A stretch of DNA of 63,232 bases from Bacilli bacterium. GTDB taxonomy: Bacteria > Bacillota_I > Bacilli_A > RF39 > UBA660. Every line of letters begins with the position of its first letter. Within the stretch, counting starts at the first letter, position 1. The stretch is taken from positions 1 through 63,232 of the forward strand of contig JAFWEE010000002.1 in the NCBI GenBank assembly GCA_017515795.1. Direction: 5' to 3'. The notes under the pieces were generated by a model. That model saw only the letters and a list, made by a program, of their open reading frames with translations, did not search any database and was not told the origin of the DNA. Position numbers and translations under genes: made by a program. Positions 1 through 8,792 of the stretch are shown one piece after another.

Positions 1-954
1 ACAGTTAAGAAGATTGAAGAAGCATATGATGCTTTAAAGAAAATTGCAGAAGATGGTGGAAAAGTTATCTTTGTTGGTACAAAGAAACAAGCACAAGAAG
101 CTGCTAAAGAAGAAGCTTTAAGATCAGAAAGCTATTATATGGTAGAAAGATGGTTAGGAGGTACTCTTACTAACTTTAGAACTATCAAAAGAAGAATTAA
201 TAGAATTGAACAAATCGAAAAGATGGAAGAAAATGGTACTTTCGAAATGTTACCTAAGAAAGAAGTTATTAAAATTAAGAAAGAATATGATAAGTTAAAA
301 CTTTATTTCGAAGGTGTTAGAACAATGAAGAAAATGCCAGATGCAATGATTATTGTTGATCCTAAGAAAGAATTCAATGCTATAAGAGAAGCTAGAAAAT
401 TAAATATACCAGTATTTGGTATAGTAGATACTAACTGTGATCCAGATTTAGTAGATTATGTTATACCTGCTAATGATGATGCAGTAAGATCTATTAAAGT
501 AGTACTTGGAGTACTTAATAATGCTATTTGTGAAGCAACAAACAAAGAATTAGTAGACTATGTTACTGAAGATGATAAAGTTAATATGGCTGATATAGTT
601 GAAGACATAAAAGTTGAAGAAAAAGAAGATAAAGTAGTTGAAGAAAAACCTGTTAAGAAAACAGTTAAAAAAGAAGTTAAAGAAGAAAAAGTAGAAGAAG
701 TAAAAGAAGAAAAGAAAGCAACAAAGAAAGCTACTAAGAAAGAAGAAACTAAAGAAGAAAAACCAGCTAAGAAAGAAACTAAAAAAGCTGAAGTTAAAGA
801 AGAAAAGAAAGAAACTAAAAAGACTACTAAAAAAGAAGAAAAAGTTGATTTATCTAAATTAACTGTTGCTGAATTAAAAGAAATGGCTAAAGCTAAAGGT
901 GTTGAAGGATACACTAAATTAAAAAAAGCTGAATTAATTGATGCTTTAAAATAA
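1..954 (+). CDS. rpsB: 30S ribosomal protein S2 (5' truncated by window) with long Lys/Glu-rich C-terminal extension ending in a Rho_N-like domain
   Basis: Frame 1 is open from base 1 ([11 protein letters not shown]...[11 protein letters not shown]...VDTNCDPD...PANDDA); precedes tsf. Confidence 0.97.
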   Translation, partial: TVKKIEEAYDALKKIAEDGGKVIFVGTKKQAQEAAKEEALRSESYYMVERWLGGTLTNFRTIKRRINRIEQIEKMEENGTFEMLPKKEVIKIKKEYDKLKLYFEGVRTMKKMPDAMIIVDPKKEFNAIREARKLNIPVFGIVDTNCDPDLVDYVIPANDDAVRSIKVVLGVLNNAICEATNKELVDYVTEDDKVNMADIVEDIKVEEKEDKVVEEKPVKKTVKKEVKEEKVEEVKEEKKATKKATKKEETKEEKPAKKETKKAEVKEEKKETKKTTKKEEKVDLSKLTVAELKEMAKAKGVEGYTKLKKAELIDALK

Positions 955-969
955 TAAGGAGAATAAAAA

Positions 970-1836
970 ATGGATGCAAGTTTAGTAAAAAAATTAAAAG
1001 ATATGACTAATGCTGGTTTAATGGATTGTAAAAAAGCATTAGAAGAAAACAACGAAAATATAGATGAAGCTGTTAAATGGCTTCGTGAAAAAGGTATTGC
1101 TAAGGCTGCTAAGAAACAAGATAGAATAGCTGCTGAAGGATTATCTACAGTATTAATTAATGGTAATAATGCTGTTATCTTAGAAGTTAACTGTGAAACT
1201 GATTTTGTTGCTAAAAACGAAAGATTTACAGGTCTTTTAGATAAGATTGCTAACGCATTAGTTAATAGTGATGCTACTACTATGGAAGAAGCATTAGCTG
1301 TTGCTACTGATGATGGAACTATTAATGATTCAGTTATTAATATAACTGCTACATTAGGAGAAAAAATCTCATTCAGAAGATTTACTAAATTAACTAAATC
1401 TGATGATCAAGTATTTGGTAAATATATTCATATGGGTGGTAAAATATCTGCATTAACAGTTGTTAATGGTTCAGATGAAACTGTAGCTAATGATGTTGCT
1501 ATGCATTTAGCTGCTATGAATCCTAAATATATTTCTAAAGATTTAGTTCCAGAAAAAGATATAGAAGAAGAAAAAGAAGTATTAAAAGAAAAAGCAATTA
1601 ATGAAGGTAAACCTGCTGAAATTGCTGATAAGATTGTTATGGGTGGTATTTCTAAGTTCTTTAAAGAAAACTGTATAGTTGAACAAGAATATGTTAAAGA
1701 TCCATCTAAGACAGTTGGAGTATACCTATCATCTAATAATTCTTCATTAGTTAACATGGTTAGATATGAAGTTGGAGAAGGTATCGAAAAGAGAGAAGAA
1801 AACTTCGCTGAAGAAGTTATGGCTCAAATGAAGTAA
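970..1836 (+). CDS. tsf: Elongation factor Ts
   Basis: GLMDCKKAL, EVNCETDFVA, RYEVGEGIEK motifs; rpsB-tsf order. Confidence 0.98.
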   Translation: MDASLVKKLKDMTNAGLMDCKKALEENNENIDEAVKWLREKGIAKAAKKQDRIAAEGLSTVLINGNNAVILEVNCETDFVAKNERFTGLLDKIANALVNSDATTMEEALAVATDDGTINDSVINITATLGEKISFRRFTKLTKSDDQVFGKYIHMGGKISALTVVNGSDETVANDVAMHLAAMNPKYISKDLVPEKDIEEEKEVLKEKAINEGKPAEIADKIVMGGISKFFKENCIVEQEYVKDPSKTVGVYLSSNNSSLVNMVRYEVGEGIEKREENFAEEVMAQMK

Positions 1837-1858
1837 TGATTTAATCATTACTTTTTTT
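1831..1858 (+). terminator. Intrinsic terminator after tsf, overlapping the stop codon
   Basis: AAGTAATGAT-tta-ATCATTACTT followed by T-tract. Confidence 0.8.
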
Positions 1859-1909
1859 ATTCATAAAGAATAATCATATGTGATATAATATTTTTAGAGG
1901 AAAATAATT

Positions 1910-2464
1910 ATGTCAGATAATATTGTTCATATTAAAAGAGAAAATGGAAAGATAATTTTACAGTATAATGATTTAAAGGTACCTGCTTATATTGGTAAAA
2001 ATGGTTTTACTAATGATAAAAAAGAAGGCGACTTAAAAACATTAGTTGGAGAATTTGATTTAGGAACTGCATTTGGAAAACATGAACGTGATGAAATAAA
2101 TATTAAAGAAGATATCCCTTATTTTAAGATTAAAGATAGTCATTATTGGATAGATGATATAAACTCTGATAGTTATAATAAATTAATAGAATCAGAAGAA
2201 AAGCCATCTGTTAGTGGTGAACATTTAGCGGATTATAAAGATAACGCATATGAATATGCAATTAGTATAAAAGCAAATCCTGAAAATATAAAGGGTAAAG
2301 GTAGTGCAATATTTTTACATATTAATAGATTTGGATATACTTCAGGATGTATAGCTATCTCAAAAGGAGATATGTTAAAACTAATTAGTATGATTGATTC
2401 AAAAACAAGAATTAAAATAGATGAATCTTTAGTAGATAATGAACACAAAAAAGAAATGATGTAA
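1910..2464 (+). CDS. L,D-transpeptidase (YkuD-like) catalytic-domain protein, no signal peptide
   Basis: KKEGDLKT..GEF, GSAIFLH...TSGCIAI (His/Cys motif). Confidence 0.8.
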   Translation: MSDNIVHIKRENGKIILQYNDLKVPAYIGKNGFTNDKKEGDLKTLVGEFDLGTAFGKHERDEINIKEDIPYFKIKDSHYWIDDINSDSYNKLIESEEKPSVSGEHLADYKDNAYEYAISIKANPENIKGKGSAIFLHINRFGYTSGCIAISKGDMLKLISMIDSKTRIKIDESLVDNEHKKEMM

Positions 2465-2529
2465 AATCATTTTCTTTTTATTTTGCTATCTAATATTTTC
2501 TTTGTATAATTATACTAGAGGGTGATAGC

Positions 2530-3039
2530 ATGGTAATACTAGGTAATGCAGTTTCATTAGTAGCATCTTTATTTATGGTATACTCTGGTATACTAAAAAA
2601 GAAGAGTCAAATATTATTATGCCAATGTATAGAGTTTATTCTGTTTGTTATTACTAATATTATATTAGGAGGTATACCTGGAGCTATTATTAATTTTATT
2701 TGTATGATAGGAGTAATACTTGGATACAATAAAAGATTAAATATAGTAACTAAAACAATACTTGCTTTATTAGCATCTATCCTTATAATAAAATTCAATA
2801 ATATGGGTTTACTTGGATATTTACCACTTATAGCTATGGTTCTTTATTTATGGGTAATAGATATAAAAGATGTATTTATATTTAAAACTTTTTTATTAAT
2901 AGTAATGTTGCTATGGGTAACATATGATTTTTCAATAAAATCATATGTATCTTTACTATTTAATGTATTTACTATAATAACTACTATTATAGCTATGATT
3001 CAATTAAAGAAAACGAAAAAAAGAAGAAAAGTAAAATAA
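2530..3039 (+). CDS. Integral membrane protein, YgjV-like
   Basis: About 6 hydrophobic segments; ILLCQ, GGIPGA and LWVTYD motifs resemble the YgjV family. Confidence 0.55.
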   Translation: MVILGNAVSLVASLFMVYSGILKKKSQILLCQCIEFILFVITNIILGGIPGAIINFICMIGVILGYNKRLNIVTKTILALLASILIIKFNNMGLLGYLPLIAMVLYLWVIDIKDVFIFKTFLLIVMLLWVTYDFSIKSYVSLLFNVFTIITTIIAMIQLKKTKKRRKVK

Positions 3040-3092
3040 TACTATATTAATAATATTTATGATATAATTATATTTAGAAATGAGGTATGTAT

Positions 3093-3638
3093 ATGATAGA
3101 AGAAATCTTATTAGAAACAGAAGATAAAATGATTAAGTCTATTGATAGTTTAAAAGATAGACTTACTAATATTAGAGCAGGTAGAGCTAATCCATCAATG
3201 CTTGATGGTGTTAAGGTAGAATATTATGGAGCAGAAACTCCACTTAATAATATAGCTAATATATCTGTACCAGAAGCAAGAAAACTACAAATTAAACCAT
3301 TTGATAAGAATGCTTTATCTGATATAGAAAAAGCAATATATGAAGCAGATCTTGGATTTACTCCTAATAACAATGGAGAATGTATTTTTATTACTATTCC
3401 AGAGTTAACAGAAGATAGAAGAAAAGAGTTTGTTAAACAAGCTAAGAAATTAGGAGAAGAAGCTAAGATAGCTTTAAGAAATATTAGACAAGATGCTAAT
3501 AATGATATTAAGAAATTAGAACTTAATGAAGATGAAGAAAAATATGGACAAAATGAAGTTCAAGAATTAATCAATAAATATAATAAACAAGTAGATGATA
3601 TTATTGATGAAAAAGAAAAAGAATTAATGACTATATAA
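3093..3638 (+). CDS. frr: Ribosome recycling factor
   Basis: IRAGRANPSMLD, PELTEDRRKE, ALRNIRQDA; ATG 3093 preferred over 3087 because of GAGGT spacing. Confidence 0.97.
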   Translation: MIEEILLETEDKMIKSIDSLKDRLTNIRAGRANPSMLDGVKVEYYGAETPLNNIANISVPEARKLQIKPFDKNALSDIEKAIYEADLGFTPNNNGECIFITIPELTEDRRKEFVKQAKKLGEEAKIALRNIRQDANNDIKKLELNEDEEKYGQNEVQELINKYNKQVDDIIDEKEKELMTI

Positions 3639-3649
3639 GGAGAATAAAA

Positions 3650-4825
3650 ATGAATTGTAATAAGTGTGGTAAAAAAGTAGAAACTGGTATTAAATACTGT
3701 GATAATTGTGGTAATAAAATAGAGGAAGTAAAAAAGACTTCTAAAAAAGTAGAAGTAAAAGAAGAAACTAATAATGAAAGTGGAAGTTTTGGTTGGATTG
3801 TTTTAGGATTCTTCTTTCCTTTAGTAGGTTTAATTTTATTCTTAGTATGGATGAATACTAAAAAGAAATCTTCTAAAGCAGCAGGCCTTGGAGCTTTAAT
3901 AGGATTCTGTACATCCCTTATATTGACTATTATATCTGTTGTATTCTTTGTGATTTATCTTGGAAATATAGATTATGATTATGATCCAGATCCTTCAATT
4001 GATAATCCAATTGTAGAACCAAAAAAGGATGATGTTCCTGATAAAAATATTGAAACTAAACCTATAGATATTACATCTATAAATACAGATAATAAATTAC
4101 CAGCTGTATCATATAAACCAACTTTAATGGATGAGTTTGAAAACAAAGAATATGATTATAAAGATAAAGAACTTAAAATAACTCGTAATTATAATCAATT
4201 AGTTATAAAAGATAGTTATTCTGGTTCAATATTATTTAACTATGATAATGTAAAACATGCATATTATACTTATCATGATTGTAATGGTCTAGAATTTGTA
4301 TTAGTAGAAACTAATGATAAAGTATATTTAATAAATACAAGAGTACATGAAGTAAGTAATATGAAAGCAGTAGAACTAAAAGGAAAATATACTGGATTCT
4401 ATAAGGCTAGTAATCATGCATATACTTGTGGTGGTTCTAATATTATTCTAGGTAAAGGTGAAGATGGTACATACTATGATCTAAATAGTGAAGATGGAAT
4501 AGAATTAGATAAACTATTCTACTATGATAGTACAAATAGTTATATAGGTATTACTAGAGGATATAAAATAGCAGGTAAAACTGGATCTGCTAAGTTAATT
4601 ATTCAATCTAGTGAAACAGATATAGTTTTAGGACTTATTGATGTAAATAATTATGCATATACATATGGTTATGATAATGGTGGTTCAGAAGAAACTGTTA
4701 AACTAGAATTAATTAATCAAAGCCCTGTAAAAGAAGTAGAATATAGTTCAGAAGATAATATAGTTATTCTTACATTTGAAAACGATGAACAATATTCATT
4801 TGAATATGCAAGTGTAGTATATTAA
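3650..4825 (+). CDS. Zinc-ribbon domain membrane protein with extracellular C-terminal domain
   Basis: N-terminal CNKC..CDNC, TM segments (GFFFPLVGLILF), Pro/Asp linker. Confidence 0.65.
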   Translation: MNCNKCGKKVETGIKYCDNCGNKIEEVKKTSKKVEVKEETNNESGSFGWIVLGFFFPLVGLILFLVWMNTKKKSSKAAGLGALIGFCTSLILTIISVVFFVIYLGNIDYDYDPDPSIDNPIVEPKKDDVPDKNIETKPIDITSINTDNKLPAVSYKPTLMDEFENKEYDYKDKELKITRNYNQLVIKDSYSGSILFNYDNVKHAYYTYHDCNGLEFVLVETNDKVYLINTRVHEVSNMKAVELKGKYTGFYKASNHAYTCGGSNIILGKGEDGTYYDLNSEDGIELDKLFYYDSTNSYIGITRGYKIAGKTGSAKLIIQSSETDIVLGLIDVNNYAYTYGYDNGGSEETVKLELINQSPVKEVEYSSEDNIVILTFENDEQYSFEYASVVY

Positions 4826-4828
4826 TAT

Positions 4829-4875
4829 AAATGTCAACTAAAAAGGTTGACATTTATTTTTATTTATTATATTAT
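4829..4875 (+). promoter_or_regulatory. Terminator hairpin whose 3' arm contains the -35 box of the rpsP promoter
   Basis: AAATGTCAAC-taaaaag-GTTGACATTT; TTGACA 4847-4852, 17-nt spacer, TATTAT 4870-4875. Confidence 0.7.
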
Positions 4876-4901
4876 ATATACAGTTAAAAAAGGAGGACAT
4901 T

Positions 4902-5180
4902 ATGGCTGTTAAGATTAGATTAAAAAGAATGGGTGCTAAAAAGAGACCATTTTATAGATTAGTAGCTGCTGATTCAAGAAGTCCTAGAGATGGTAAATTT
5001 ATTGAAACTCTTGGAACTTATAATCCACTAGATGGACAAGTAGATATTAAAGAAGAAGAAACTTTAAAATGGTTAAGAACTGGAGCAATTCCTACAGATA
5101 CTGCTAGAAATATTTTATCTAGAGTAGGTATTATGGAAAAATTCCATTTAGAAAAAAATAGTAAAAAAGAGAGTAAATAA
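4902..5180 (+). CDS. rpsP: 30S ribosomal protein S16
   Basis: [31 protein letters not shown]. Confidence 0.99.
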   Translation: MAVKIRLKRMGAKKRPFYRLVAADSRSPRDGKFIETLGTYNPLDGQVDIKEEETLKWLRTGAIPTDTARNILSRVGIMEKFHLEKNSKKESK

Positions 5181-5182
5181 TT

Positions 5183-5425
5183 ATGAGTTTAGTAGAATTA
5201 ACAGAAATGATTATTAAATCTTTAGTTAGTGATCCTGATTCAGTATCAGTTAAAGAATTTGATGAAGAAGATGGACTATTAATCGAAGTAGTAGTTAATG
5301 AAGATGAAGCTGGTGCTATTATTGGTAAATCTGGTAAGATTGCTAACTCTATTAGAACTATAGTTCAAGCTAGTTCTAATTTAAAAGATAGAAAGAAAGT
5401 TAAAATAAACATTACAACATTGTAA
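5183..5425 (+). CDS. khpA: KH-domain RNA-binding protein KhpA
   Basis: GAIIGKSGKIANSIRT (GxxG); follows rpsP. Confidence 0.9.
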   Translation: MSLVELTEMIIKSLVSDPDSVSVKEFDEEDGLLIEVVVNEDEAGAIIGKSGKIANSIRTIVQASSNLKDRKKVKINITTL

Positions 5426-5503
5426 TGTTTATTTTTTGTTTAAAAATTGGACAAAATAGGGAGTTTATGCTATTATATACGGCATTAGAAAAGGGGGATT
5501 AAT

Positions 5504-5938
5504 ATGTCAAAGAGAATGTATGATTATGTATCATTTATTCCTTTTGGTATTGCTATTAGTGCATTTCTTTTATATTTAAGATATGCTATGCCAATTAAAT
5601 TACATGAAAAAATAGCAGTTACAGGCTTATTACTTGGATATGCTAATCGATTTAGAAATATAGCAATATTCTCTTGTTTAGTAGGTATAGTAATATATAT
5701 TATTACATCTTTGATATATTACTCAACCGGTAATCAAGAATATATAAGTTATAAGCCAACTATGTTAGATATAAAATTAATGCTTATTAAAGCTAAAGCA
5801 AATATATCTAAAGCAGTAAATTTAATTACTATATTATTATGTATTATATTAATATTATTATTAGGAATTCAAATTAATAAACAGAGTAATATTAATAAAC
5901 AAAATATGAATATAAAAACAGTAGAACTATTCAATTAG
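5504..5938 (+). CDS. Hypothetical membrane protein
   Basis: Three hydrophobic segments; AGGGGG RBS; promoter TGGACA-17-TATTAT (5448-5476). Confidence 0.6.
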   Translation: MSKRMYDYVSFIPFGIAISAFLLYLRYAMPIKLHEKIAVTGLLLGYANRFRNIAIFSCLVGIVIYIITSLIYYSTGNQEYISYKPTMLDIKLMLIKAKANISKAVNLITILLCIILILLLGIQINKQSNINKQNMNIKTVELFN

Positions 5939-5953
5939 TTCTACTGCTTTTTT
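5914..5953. terminator. Bidirectional terminator inside overlapping 3' ends of convergent genes
   Basis: CAGTAGAACTA-ttcaat-TAGTTCTACTG with A-tract upstream and T-tract downstream. Confidence 0.7.
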
Positions 5954-6595
5954 ATAGCTTTCTATTTCTAAATAATAATTATCTTCTTTAATATCTTCTT
6001 TATTTAATAATCTTTTTATATAGTCTTCTAAGAAATATGGGTTTCTTATTAATAGAGGACCTATTAAATAAGTTCCTATGAAGTTATTATATACAACTCC
6101 ATATTTATTATCTCCTTTATATAAGAAGTTCTTTTCTTTTGAGATAATATGACCTCTATGGTTTTCAAAACCAATTATATTCTTATTATGAATAGTACAA
6201 TTATAATTAATATCATTAACTATTCTATTTTCATTATACTCAGTATAGTAATTAAGTATATCTAGGGCTTCTATTTTATTATCTCCTTTTTGAATATATT
6301 TACCAAATAATTCAATAGAGTTACCAGTACTAAGTAAAAATTTATTATTATTTATATATCTTTTTATATCATTTTTATATGGTTTTAAATATTCTAATGC
6401 TATTAATAAATTATTATCTGTAGAAGATCCAAAATAAACTATATCATAATTATTAAAGTTAATAGTGTCTCCTAGAGATATATAATCTATATTAACTTTA
6501 ACTCCTTGATTAGTTAATCTTTGTTTTAATGCTTTAATATTACCATCATCACCATAAAGGTTTAGTAAATCATAATATATATATCCTATATTCAT
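5927..6595 (-). CDS. gatD: GatD-like (CobB/CobQ-type) glutaminase subunit of lipid II amidotransferase; catalytic Cys/His apparently substituted
   Basis: LLNLYGDDGNIKAL, GFENH, GTYLxGP; translationally coupled to murT. Confidence 0.85.
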   Translation of the reverse strand: MNIGYIYYDLLNLYGDDGNIKALKQRLTNQGVKVNIDYISLGDTINFNNYDIVYFGSSTDNNLLIALEYLKPYKNDIKRYINNNKFLLSTGNSIELFGKYIQKGDNKIEALDILNYYTEYNENRIVNDINYNCTIHNKNIIGFENHRGHIISKEKNFLYKGDNKYGVVYNNFIGTYLIGPLLIRNPYFLEDYIKRLLNKEDIKEDNYYLEIESYKKAVELIE

Positions 6596-7908
6596 TATTT
6601 ATTACCTCCCTTTGTTTCTTTAATAAATGGTTCTACATAATCAAAGTTAAGTATTCCATAAACATTACCACTAGTTTGATTTTCTATTATTTCTTTCATA
6701 CCATTAGTATTTTCCATTATAATAATATTCTTTTCATCAAATCCAGCATATTTAATTCTTACAGCTATATCATATCTATATGGACCAGCACAAATTATTT
6801 TATCCACATTATTATCTTTTAATATTTCAAAATTAATATCCCATAACCAAGATAAATCAAAGTGATTATATCTTCTAGAAATTTGTCTTAATCCTATTAC
6901 TAATGTTTTCTTTTCTTCATCTTTTAATACATGAAGTAGATTTAAATTATATGTTGAATTATTTTCTGCTTTACAATTAAGAACAGTATATTTTCTTTTA
7001 TTAACAGTATATTCATTAAATAATTTTTTAAGTGTCTTATCAGCATTTAATCCTTTAACTATATCTTCATCTTTTAAACCAATAGTTCTACATACTGAAT
7101 AAGCACTAATAATATTATATAGATTAAATAGGGTATCATTATCTATATTAATCTTTATATCTTCATTAATAGTTATTACATTATCTTTTATACTAGTAAT
7201 TTGATAATTTATTTTACCTCTATCAAAATCACAATTAGGACATTCAAAGTCTCCAACTGAAGAATAGTGATAATAATCATAAACTAGTTTAGTATTACAT
7301 TTAGGACAATATGCAGTATTCTTAATATCATTTAATTCTTTAAATGAGTATTGATTCTTATCTATACCATAGTAAATAATTTTACCATCAAATCTATCTT
7401 CAAATCTCTTTAATAAAGGATCATCTGCATTAAGTACCATCATATCTGTATTAAGACCTTTACAGATTTCTTCAAATACTTCTTCAAAGTTACCTTGTCT
7501 TGGAGGTTGATCTCTAGTTATATTATTTATAGTTATTACATTAGCTCTTATATACTTAGTAACAAACTTTATATACCTTTCATCTATTTCAAGAACTAAG
7601 GCATCTACATTAACTTTTTTGCCTTTAGTATTAGATATAATAGCAGTTGTAACACCATCTATTAAATTAGAGCCATAAACATTATGACAAACTTTCATAT
7701 TATTCTTTCTTAATAGATCTGCTATATATTTAGTAGTACTTCCTTTACCTGAAGATCCAGTAACCATTATTACTAAATTAGGATATTTTAATTTCTTTAA
7801 GTAATTAGGGAATAGTTTTAAAACTACTCTTCCTGGAAAACTACTAGCATTAAACTTAAATATCTTTTCTACAAATATAATTGCTTTACCAAGCATTGTT
7901 CCTATCAT
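6595..7908 (-). CDS. murT: Lipid II isoglutaminyl synthase subunit MurT (Mur ligase + DUF1727)
   Basis: P-loop VTGSSGKGSTT, NITRDQ, CPKC..CPNC zinc finger, DLSWLWD. Confidence 0.9.
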   Translation of the reverse strand: MIGTMLGKAIIFVEKIFKFNASSFPGRVVLKLFPNYLKKLKYPNLVIMVTGSSGKGSTTKYIADLLRKNNMKVCHNVYGSNLIDGVTTAIISNTKGKKVNVDALVLEIDERYIKFVTKYIRANVITINNITRDQPPRQGNFEEVFEEICKGLNTDMMVLNADDPLLKRFEDRFDGKIIYYGIDKNQYSFKELNDIKNTAYCPKCNTKLVYDYYHYSSVGDFECPNCDFDRGKINYQITSIKDNVITINEDIKINIDNDTLFNLYNIISAYSVCRTIGLKDEDIVKGLNADKTLKKLFNEYTVNKRKYTVLNCKAENNSTYNLNLLHVLKDEEKKTLVIGLRQISRRYNHFDLSWLWDINFEILKDNNVDKIICAGPYRYDIAVRIKYAGFDEKNIIIMENTNGMKEIIENQTSGNVYGILNFDYVEPFIKETKGGNK

Positions 7909-7925
7909 TTAAATCACCTATACAA

Positions 7926-7981
7926 ATTATACCATATTTTTATAATTTTAAGTTGTTTTTTAATTACCTTTATAGTAAAAT
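7926..7981. promoter_or_regulatory. Divergent sigma-A promoters for murT (-) and yebC (+)
   Basis: TGGTATAAT on - strand (7934-7926); TTGTTT-17-TAAAAT on + strand (7953-7981). Confidence 0.55.
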
Positions 7982-8007
7982 ACTTAAGAGAAAAGAGAGT
8001 GAAATAT

Positions 8008-8724
8008 ATGGGAAGAGCATATGAGGTAAGAAAAGCTGCTATTCAAAAAAATGGAGCTGCTAAAGCTAAAATTTATTCAAACTTTGCAAAAGAAATTTAT
8101 ATAGCTGCTAAATCAGGTGGTACTAGTATAGAGGCTAATGATAAACTTAAACAATTAGTTGAAAAGGCAAAAAGAAATCAAGTACCAAGTGATATTATAA
8201 ATAGAGCAATAGATAAAGTTAATGCTGGTGTAGATGAAAACTATCAAAGTTTAAGATATGAAGGTTTTGGACCTGGTGCATCTAATTTAATAGTAGACTG
8301 TTTAACAGATAATGTTAATAGAACTGTTGGAATGGTTAGACCTGCTTTTACTAAATGTAATGGTAAACTTGGAGTAGAAAATTCAGTATCACATTTCTAT
8401 GAAAACTTAGCTATATTTGCTGTTAAAGGTTATACTGAAGAAGAAATGTTAGATTTACTTATGGAACAAGGAGTAGATATTAAAGATATTGAATCTGATG
8501 GTGAGGATGTAATAATAACTGGAGATGCTAAAGAATATAATAATATTAAGAAAGCATTACTTGCTATTAATCCAAATATAGAATTAGATGTAGATGAAGT
8601 ATCTATGGTATCACTTGATAAAGTTAAACTTGAAGGTGAAGACCTAGAAATGTTTAATAAATTATTAAATATGTTAGATGAAATTGAAGATGTACAAAAT
8701 GTATATCACAATGTAGAATTATAG
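8008..8724 (+). CDS. YebC/PmpR family protein
   Basis: YEGFGPG, VDCLTDNVNRT, IEDVQNVYHN; ATG 8008 preferred to GTG 7999. Confidence 0.93.
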   Translation: MGRAYEVRKAAIQKNGAAKAKIYSNFAKEIYIAAKSGGTSIEANDKLKQLVEKAKRNQVPSDIINRAIDKVNAGVDENYQSLRYEGFGPGASNLIVDCLTDNVNRTVGMVRPAFTKCNGKLGVENSVSHFYENLAIFAVKGYTEEEMLDLLMEQGVDIKDIESDGEDVIITGDAKEYNNIKKALLAINPNIELDVDEVSMVSLDKVKLEGEDLEMFNKLLNMLDEIEDVQNVYHNVEL

Positions 8725-8792
8725 GAAGATTTATCTTCCTTTTTATTTTTTTTAAAATGTGTTATAATGCTAATAGTAGAGGAATAAGAAAA

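Noticed and set aside
600-845. AAAGAAGAA-type quasi-repeats in the rpsB tail
   Set aside because: Explained by Lys/Glu low-complexity coding; no repeat-spacer periodicity, so not a CRISPR array
6800-6808. Perfect DnaA box TTATCCACA
   Set aside because: Single copy inside murT; no cluster, and no dnaA/dnaN nearby, so not an origin
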